From: Veleropilina oligotropha
Taxonomy: Eukaryota
Assembly (NCBI GenBank): GCA_048128005.1
Contig: JBEUKZ010000125.1
Coordinates: 434,001-498,000 of the forward strand
Length of the DNA: 64,000 bases
Reading direction: 5' to 3'
The notes below the pieces were generated by a model. It was not told where the DNA came from, ran no database searches, and worked only from the letters and a program-made list of their open reading frames with translations. Each line of letters begins with the position of its first letter. Within the stretch, counting starts at the first letter, position 1. The translations under genes were made by a program, and so were the position numbers. Below are positions 62,110-64,000 of the stretch, in pieces.

Positions 62110-64000
62110 ATGTCGACTATGGATGACTATATAGACCAACTGCTCGCAGACATGCAGGCATCTGAAACTCTCCGGGACGTGGTTCAGAATATTCTAGACG
62201 AACCAATCCCGGAAGACGTGAAGGAGCGCTTGTTGAAGCCTCTGGTCCCATCCAAGGATCCCCAAACGGAGAGAAAGCGGAAAGCCATTGTTGAGGAATT
62301 TGACCCAATCCCCCTCTCCAAAAAGCCCCGGACAGCCCAGGACTACCAGAATGATCTACTAGGGCTGTTTACCACAACAGCGGGGCAACAATTCATCGAC
62401 CTGGATGACCAGGCCCCTCCCCCTGTAAGGCTCCCAGCAAAAGAGCCGTGGGTGGAACTCTTGAACGACGCCAAAGACGAGTTTGAGGTCGATGGCGCCG
62501 CGGCGGCCTTCTCCACATGGAGGGTAGAAGTAGAGAACATCGAAGCGAGGGCTGGCCGGCTGGCCCTGGATGCCCGTATGACAGACGCGAGAGCGGCACA
62601 GCTCCTCACAGCCCTTCCCAAGGGTGAGTTTCTCCTGAGGATAAAGTTCTTGCGGGAGTGGGGTGAAGGCGACTGGGTGGTCGAAGACAAGTTTGACCCG
62701 GTGAAGGCTGCGAGGAAGAAGGGCCAGGGTGTCGTTGAGATCTCTCAGGACACTAAGCCAGGTGCTATCACTGGGGTCGACAAAGCCTACTACGAGAATG
62801 CCTACCCGGTTACTGCAGTCGTCTACGGCCTCTACCCTCTCAGAGAACCAAACCCAGCCAACCTGGTTCCAATGAAGAACGGCGATCTCAACTGCGTTGC
62901 CCAGAGAGTGGTTGAGCACTTCGAAGGTGCCCTGAGAGGAAACGGACTCACCCCGATAAGGCGGCAGAAAATACAGGAGTGGGAGGCGCGAGTTCATGTA
63001 ACAGGCGCCACTGTGGATGATATATCCATCCTCGAGAAGATACTGAAACGGGCGATCATCGTGCGAGACATCGCAGGTGCCGACATCTACAACAGTGGTA
63101 AATACCGCGGTCAAGGAAACCATACATTCAGACAAGTAGAACTCATCTGTCACAACGGCCACGCCTGGTCCAAGGACCTACACTTTCCGCAGTCTCGCGA
63201 GGTCCACCTGTATGAGGGCGATGTCTGGGAAGCTATCCGACAAGCCACACATAATGAGCCATTGGCTGTCTGGCTCCTAGGCGGTACAGACCGACAGCTC
63301 AACGTGGACCAGTTCGTGCTGCAAGATGGCCGCACGTACCGGACAAAAGAGGCTCACGAGAGACTTCAAGAAGCCTGTACAGCGCTGGGGAATGAGTCCC
63401 TAGCCGATCGAGCCTTTGGCGAGAACCATGCAGCTAGCATTATGGCTAAGGAGACTAACGGCTGGAGACCTACCCCAGCGGGCCTGCTCGATGATATCCA
63501 GAAGGCCTGCGTAGAGCATGGCCATGGTGGCCTGTGGAATTCCATGAACTACGATACGGGCGATGTCTGCTGCATCGACATGAAAGCCTGCTACCCTGCC
63601 AGCTTTCTGGGGAAGGGCGAGGCTAAGCCGTACTTCGAAAGATTCGGGCACCCAACCCACAGCATGACCCGGGTCGCAATTAACGGTCCTCTACCCCGAG
63701 AAATCGGTACCGGGTTTGCCGAGGTCGTGGAATGGGAGTTCGCACAAGACATCCACCCCGTCATTCCCGCCTGGTTCGGAAAGCACTTTGCAGAGAATGG
63801 ATGGGCCCCGACGCCTCTGCTCGCCTTCCTCATAGAATCTGGACTGCTAAAAAGCCTCAAGATCCGAGAAGCCATCATCGCGTTCAGAAAGCAAACCGAT
63901 GTCTGGCTTCCTGAGAATCGTGACCAGGGATGCCGTATTATCGGCAAATTCACCCAAGGCGCCAAGGCTGACGGCAAAAGATTGACCCGTAGACTGGTGA
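62110..64000 (+). CDS. Long intronless ORF (at least 630 aa, open at the window edge): divergent protein-primed family-B DNA polymerase-like protein
   Basis: Hand translation of frame +1 from ATG 62110 finds no stop: MSTMDDYIDQLL...NILDEPIPE...GDLNCV...HNGHAW...GHGGLW...IDMKACYPAS...TPLLAFLIESG...IIGKFTQ. Confidence 0.75.
   Translation, partial: MSTMDDYIDQLLADMQASETLRDVVQNILDEPIPEDVKERLLKPLVPSKDPQTERKRKAIVEEFDPIPLSKKPRTAQDYQNDLLGLFTTTAGQQFIDLDDQAPPPVRLPAKEPWVELLNDAKDEFEVDGAAAAFSTWRVEVENIEARAGRLALDARMTDARAAQLLTALPKGEFLLRIKFLREWGEGDWVVEDKFDPVKAARKKGQGVVEISQDTKPGAITGVDKAYYENAYPVTAVVYGLYPLREPNPANLVPMKNGDLNCVAQRVVEHFEGALRGNGLTPIRRQKIQEWEARVHVTGATVDDISILEKILKRAIIVRDIAGADIYNSGKYRGQGNHTFRQVELICHNGHAWSKDLHFPQSREVHLYEGDVWEAIRQATHNEPLAVWLLGGTDRQLNVDQFVLQDGRTYRTKEAHERLQEACTALGNESLADRAFGENHAASIMAKETNGWRPTPAGLLDDIQKACVEHGHGGLWNSMNYDTGDVCCIDMKACYPASFLGKGEAKPYFERFGHPTHSMTRVAINGPLPREIGTGFAEVVEWEFAQDIHPVIPAWFGKHFAENGWAPTPLLAFLIESGLLKSLKIREAIIAFRKQTDVWLPENRDQGCRIIGKFTQGAKADGKRLTRRLV

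Noticed and set aside
62343..63977. Minus-strand ORFs (267, 115, 128 aa and others)
   Set aside because: Antisense shadows of the long plus-strand ORF, which carries the motifs.

Overview
AT-rich, repeat-dense animal genomic DNA. The SINE and Helentron repertoire suggests a marine lophotrochozoan, but that is inference. The only recognisable host gene is a glucose-6-phosphatase (G6PC family) on the minus strand: five spliced exons between 41615 and 49431, with exon 1 not found in the window. There are two full-length, mutually divergent DIRS1-type tyrosine-recombinase retrotransposons (6680-14142 and 51701-59053, both minus strand). Each has 206-bp inverted terminal repeats, an internal complementary region (ICR) and gag, RT-RNaseH-methyltransferase and YR ORFs; the second copy is disabled. 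Other mobile DNA includes many tRNA-derived SINEs, minisatellites grown out of SINE heads, Crypton-like non-autonomous palindromic elements, Helitron/Helentron-like elements, a decayed Tc1 and LINE relics. The most unusual item is missing from the ORF track because it has no stop codon in the window: an intronless ORF of at least 630 codons (62110 to >64000) with motifs of a highly derived protein-primed family-B DNA polymerase. It is preceded by a small Cys-rich ORF and is probably the edge of an endogenous Polinton-like DNA virus or element. All assignments come from reading the sequence and recognising motifs; no searches were run.
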